Positions 7,658 through 9,234 of a stretch of 9,234 nt of DNA are shown here, in pieces; position 1 is the stretch's first letter, and the number at the start of each line of letters is the position of its first letter. The notes beneath the pieces are model-generated. The model had not been told where the DNA came from. It saw nothing but the letters and a program-made list of their open reading frames with translations, and did not search any database. The stretch comes from Nitrososphaerota archaeon (GTDB taxonomy: Archaea; Thermoproteota; Nitrososphaeria; Nitrososphaerales; UBA57), in contig JACAFS010000039.1 of the NCBI GenBank assembly GCA_013378385.1, positions 1-9,234 of the forward strand. Reading direction: 5' to 3'. A program made the position numbers and the translations under genes.

Positions 7658-7673
7658 TTTAAATTTATTTAAA
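7658..7673 (-). promoter_or_regulatory. Candidate archaeal TATA box/promoter of the nuo operon
   Basis: The minus strand reads TTTAAATAAATTTAAA. The proximal TTTAAA occupies -30 to -25 relative to ATG 7633, which would give a leaderless or near-leaderless transcript. No experimental support is visible from the sequence. Confidence 0.5.
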
Positions 7674-7705
7674 GCTTGAGTCAAAATTCAATATTTGGGT
7701 AGCAT

Positions 7706-7727
7706 TTGTTAACTTTATTGTTAACAA
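7706..7727. repeat. Composite repeat TTGTTAAC-N4-TTGTTAAC, which is also an inverted repeat TTGTTAAC/GTTAACAA with a 6-nt loop. Function unknown.
   Basis: Read directly: TTGTTAAC occurs at 7706-7713 and 7718-7725, and GTTAACAA at 7720-7727 is the reverse complement of the first copy. Each copy contains the palindrome GTTAAC. It lies in the tfs-nuoA spacer. Confidence 0.6.
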
Positions 7728-7753
7728 GCATGATTTTGTTTGGAATTTTAATA

Positions 7754-7776
7754 ATTCTTCAAAAAAGATTAAGAAT
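7754..7776 (-). terminator. Candidate tfs terminator: oligo-T tract within a short inverted repeat
   Basis: The minus strand has a T6 run (7766-7761) about 25 nt after the tfs stop, flanked by ATTCTT (7754-7759) and AAGAAT (7771-7776). Archaeal termination typically uses oligo-T tracts. Confidence 0.4.
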
Positions 7777-7791
7777 ACGTATAATCCGGAA

Positions 7792-8139
7792 TCAACTTGC
7801 GCGCCAAGTATGTTCGCATTTTGCACATCTAAAGAATTGGGTAGAGGCTTCTTCAAGGCTACTTGTCTGTTTTTCCCAGAAATATGCAGAATCATGACTA
7901 CATTTGGAACAAGTTGCTTTTGTGGTGGGCATAGATTGGAGCTTTCTAGTTTTATTGTCAACGATTTTGATGCTTTTAGAATCTTCAAGTTTTTTTTCTT
8001 TGACAGTGATATTTTTTGACTTCTCTTGATATCCGCATGAAGAGCAGACAATAATAGATTTTGGGCGAGTTTTTGAACTAGATTCATCTATTATTTTTTT
8101 CGGCCTCATCTTCGAACTACATTCAGGACAGAACTTCAC
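7792..8139 (-). CDS. tfs: Transcription factor S / RNA polymerase subunit M-type double zinc-ribbon protein (TFS/RpoM family, divergent acidic loop)
   Basis: 115 aa. N-terminal ribbon CPEC...CSSC. The C-terminal TFIIS-type ribbon CSKCSHDSAYFWEKQTSSLEEASTQFFRCAKCEHTWR aligns without gaps to the consensus CPKCGxxxAYFWxxQTRSADEPPTxFYxCxKCGxxWR. GTG start at 8139, with GGTG 8 nt upstream. Confidence 0.85.
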   Translation of the reverse strand: MKFCPECSSKMRPKKIIDESSSKTRPKSIIVCSSCGYQEKSKNITVKEKKLEDSKSIKIVDNKTRKLQSMPTTKATCSKCSHDSAYFWEKQTSSLEEASTQFFRCAKCEHTWRAS

Positions 8140-8164
8140 TACATAAACACCAAAAGATTGTGTA

Positions 8165-8179
8165 TTATCTAGTAGATAA
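8165..8179. promoter_or_regulatory. Perfect palindrome TTATCTA-g-TAGATAA, a candidate operator between the tfs TATA box and the tfs start
   Basis: Read directly: 7-bp arms with a 1-nt centre, immediately downstream (minus-strand sense) of the TATA-like element at 8180-8189 and 26 nt upstream of GTG 8139. Confidence 0.35.
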
Positions 8180-8189
8180 TTATATAAAA
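8180..8189 (-). promoter_or_regulatory. Candidate TATA box for tfs
   Basis: The minus strand reads TTTTATATAA and overlaps the stop codon of the Toprim gene. It is centred about 46 nt upstream of the tfs GTG, implying a 5' UTR of about 20 nt that contains GGTG. Confidence 0.4.
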
Positions 8190-8590
8190 TTTTCTGTTAA
8201 AACGATATAAGGTTTGAAATTAGAAAGTTCTTCAATTCTTTTGATACCATTATTCGACATAAAGGAGAGATCACGCCTATATTTTAATTCAATAAATGAT
8301 GTGCCATGCAGCTTGAGAAGGATTTTACGTGTAAGTCTTCTGCCTTCGGCATCATAATCAAATAAAATAATGATTTTATCGTATACTTGTGTTTTTAGTT
8401 CGATTTTTGACAGGTTATTGTTGTTACAATACTCGATTGTTTTTCCCATAAAACCAAGAGAAACTAATGCATTAGTATCTTTTTTCCCTTCAACAAGGAT
8501 AATTGCTCCATTCGTATATTCAAGATTAAGTTGATTAATAAAATCGAAGAGAAATTTATTGAATTCAATATTCTGTTGTAGAATATTCAT
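8180..8590 (-). CDS. Small Toprim-domain protein (RNase M5 / small primase-like family)
   Basis: 136 aa. Toprim Glu motif AIILVEGKKDTNAL and DxD motif KIIILFDYDAEGRRLTRKI. The spacing and size resemble RNase M5-like stand-alone Toprim proteins (VEGxxD ... DxDxxGxxI). ATG start at 8590. Confidence 0.8.
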   Translation of the reverse strand: MNILQQNIEFNKFLFDFINQLNLEYTNGAIILVEGKKDTNALVSLGFMGKTIEYCNNNNLSKIELKTQVYDKIIILFDYDAEGRRLTRKILLKLHGTSFIELKYRRDLSFMSNNGIKRIEELSNFKPYIVLTENFI

Positions 8591-8613
8591 TATAGATATT
8601 ATAACAAGATCTG

Positions 8614-8621
8614 TATATTAA
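8614..8621 (-). promoter_or_regulatory. Candidate TATA box for the Toprim gene (leaderless geometry)
   Basis: The minus strand reads TTAATATA at -31 to -24 relative to ATG 8590, directly after the stop of the upstream gene. Confidence 0.4.
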
Positions 8622-8622
8622 T

Positions 8623-8967
8623 TCAAGCATCAGAAGTTCTTTGTGATTTATATTTTTCAATGATTGGAATGAAGAGTACTGGTACTAGAGTTCCAAATGC
8701 TATTCCAAGAACCATAGTCCTCATAGTAGGATCAAGATATGCGCCTAATCCATTAGAGACAACGTGAGCTAGACCAGCTCCTACAAGTCCACCAATTGCT
8801 CCTTTAGAATTTTTTTTAAGAAAATTTCGAAGTTTTCTAGCGCGTTTATAGTCATGAGTTAAACGATGAAGACGGTATTCTACTGTAATGCCGAAATAAG
8901 CGCCAAGGATTAGAATGAAATTATCGAAGAAGCCGAAGATAAAACCGTCAGGAAGTATCATATTCAT
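8623..8967 (-). CDS. Small three-helix membrane protein with a glycine-zipper helix; function unknown
   Basis: 114 aa. Hydrophobic segments are GFIFGFFDNFILILGAYFGI, GAIGGLVGAGLAHVVSNGLGAYL and MVLGIAFGTLVPVLFIPII. A strongly basic loop, YRLHRLTHDYKRARKLRNFLKKNSK, follows helix 1. The start could be ATG 8967 or ATG 8961. Support comes from a clear paralogue immediately upstream. Confidence 0.7.
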   Translation of the reverse strand: MNMILPDGFIFGFFDNFILILGAYFGITVEYRLHRLTHDYKRARKLRNFLKKNSKGAIGGLVGAGLAHVVSNGLGAYLDPTMRTMVLGIAFGTLVPVLFIPIIEKYKSQRTSDA

Positions 8968-9022
8968 AGTTATGTGTTTCGAATATATTATTGTTGTTAA
9001 TTAACAGTGTTAAGTGAAAGAA

Positions 9023-9234
9023 TTATTTTCGTAATTTTTCAATGATTGGGATTAAGAACAAAGGAAGAATAGTTCCTATAACTATCCCAAAAAACATTTC
9101 ATTCATATTTGGATCGATAAGTGCTCCAATACCATCAGAGATAGAATTAGCTAAACCAGCTCCAACGACTCCACCAAGCACGCCACTTGCTTTATTATCA
9201 ATGTATTTTTCGATATTTATGCCGGTATAAGCGC
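9023..9234 (-). CDS. Paralogue of the 8623..8967 membrane protein. The C-terminal ~70 codons are in the window; the 5' end lies beyond the right edge.
   Basis: Not on the ORF track. My minus-strand translation gives ...AYTGINIEKYIDNKASGVLGGVVGAGLANSISDGIGALIDPNMNEMFFGIVIGTILPLFLIPIIEKLRK, followed by TAA (9025-9023). It aligns with ...AYFGITVEY...GAIGGLVGAGLAHVVSNGLGAYLDPTMRTMVLGIAFGTLVPVLFIPIIEK of the neighbour. The DNA encoding IPIIEK is nearly identical in both genes (tttttcaatgattgg). Confidence 0.75.
   Translation of the reverse strand, partial: AYTGINIEKYIDNKASGVLGGVVGAGLANSISDGIGALIDPNMNEMFFGIVIGTILPLFLIPIIEKLRK

Noticed and set aside
7706-8019. Plus-strand ORFs 7706..7897 (63 aa, hydrophobic N-terminus) and 7810..8019 (69 aa)
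   Set aside because: Both are largely antisense to tfs. The first starts at a TTG within the TTGTTAAC repeat, and its hydrophobic start simply reflects T-rich spacer sequence. There is no promoter-like element upstream on the plus strand. I kept only a mental note that a small antisense peptide cannot be strictly excluded.
7665-8087. 140-aa minus-strand ORF overlapping tfs and the tfs-nuoA spacer
   Set aside because: It uses a different frame of the same strand as the double zinc-ribbon TFS gene. The product is a low-complexity Lys/Leu/Ser-rich sequence. It would run through the oligo-T terminator candidate and the nuo promoter region.
9042-9230. 62-aa plus-strand ORF
   Set aside because: It is antisense to the truncated paralogue (9023..9234, minus), which is supported by clear similarity to the neighbouring 8623..8967 protein.
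8623-9234. Idea that the tandem small membrane paralogues form an antiparallel dual-topology pair (as in Fluc/EmrE-type pairs)
   Set aside because: Applying the positive-inside rule by eye gives the same orientation for both. Loop 1 and the C-tail are the more positive sides in each, and loop 2 is acidic or neutral. Nothing in the sequence supports opposite topologies.
1-9234. Search for tRNA/rRNA genes, C/D-box sRNAs, CRISPR repeats, IS elements/integrases, toxin-antitoxin or defence genes
   Set aside because: Coding density is very high, and the only spacers are 7685-7791, 8140-8179, 8591-8622 and 8968-9022. None contains cloverleaf-compatible sequence, RUGAUGA/CUGA box pairs, regularly spaced repeats or terminal inverted repeats. 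No ORF shows recombinase or nuclease-defence motifs.

Overview
This is an AT-rich window (about one-third G+C by eye) that is almost entirely coding, and every gene I can support lies on the minus strand.

**Complex I operon (1-7684).** The genes are tightly packed and translationally coupled, in the order nuoA-B-C-D-H-I-J-K-M-L. nuoL runs off the left edge, and nuoN presumably follows outside the window. This is the 11-subunit form: there is no nuoE/F/G between D and H, and the M-type subunit precedes L.

**Likely organism (inference).** The operon layout, low G+C, TATA-box-like elements about 25-30 nt upstream of start codons, and an adjacent TFS gene all point to an archaeon. It is most plausibly a Nitrosopumilus-like ammonia-oxidising thaumarchaeon.

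**Right of the operon.**
- A TFS/RpoM-type double zinc-ribbon factor.
- A small Toprim (RNase M5-like) protein.
- Two tandem paralogous small glycine-rich membrane proteins, the second cut by the right edge.

**Not found.** I see no tRNA/rRNA, CRISPR array, transposase/integrase, toxin-antitoxin or defence-type genes.

**Assessment.** This is core housekeeping DNA, and I cannot support a novel multi-gene system here. The items most worth a second look are residue-level departures from canonical complex I and TFS, plus a few others:
- the M-type subunit has no TM8 lysine;
- NuoD lacks the quinone-ligand tyrosine;
- NuoH has a forced N-terminal extra helix;
- TFS has an altered acidic loop and an internally duplicated zinc-ribbon loop;
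- the tandem membrane-protein pair is uncharacterised;
- three short palindromes sit in the few intergenic spacers.

All motif comparisons were done by eye from remembered consensus sequences and need a computed alignment.
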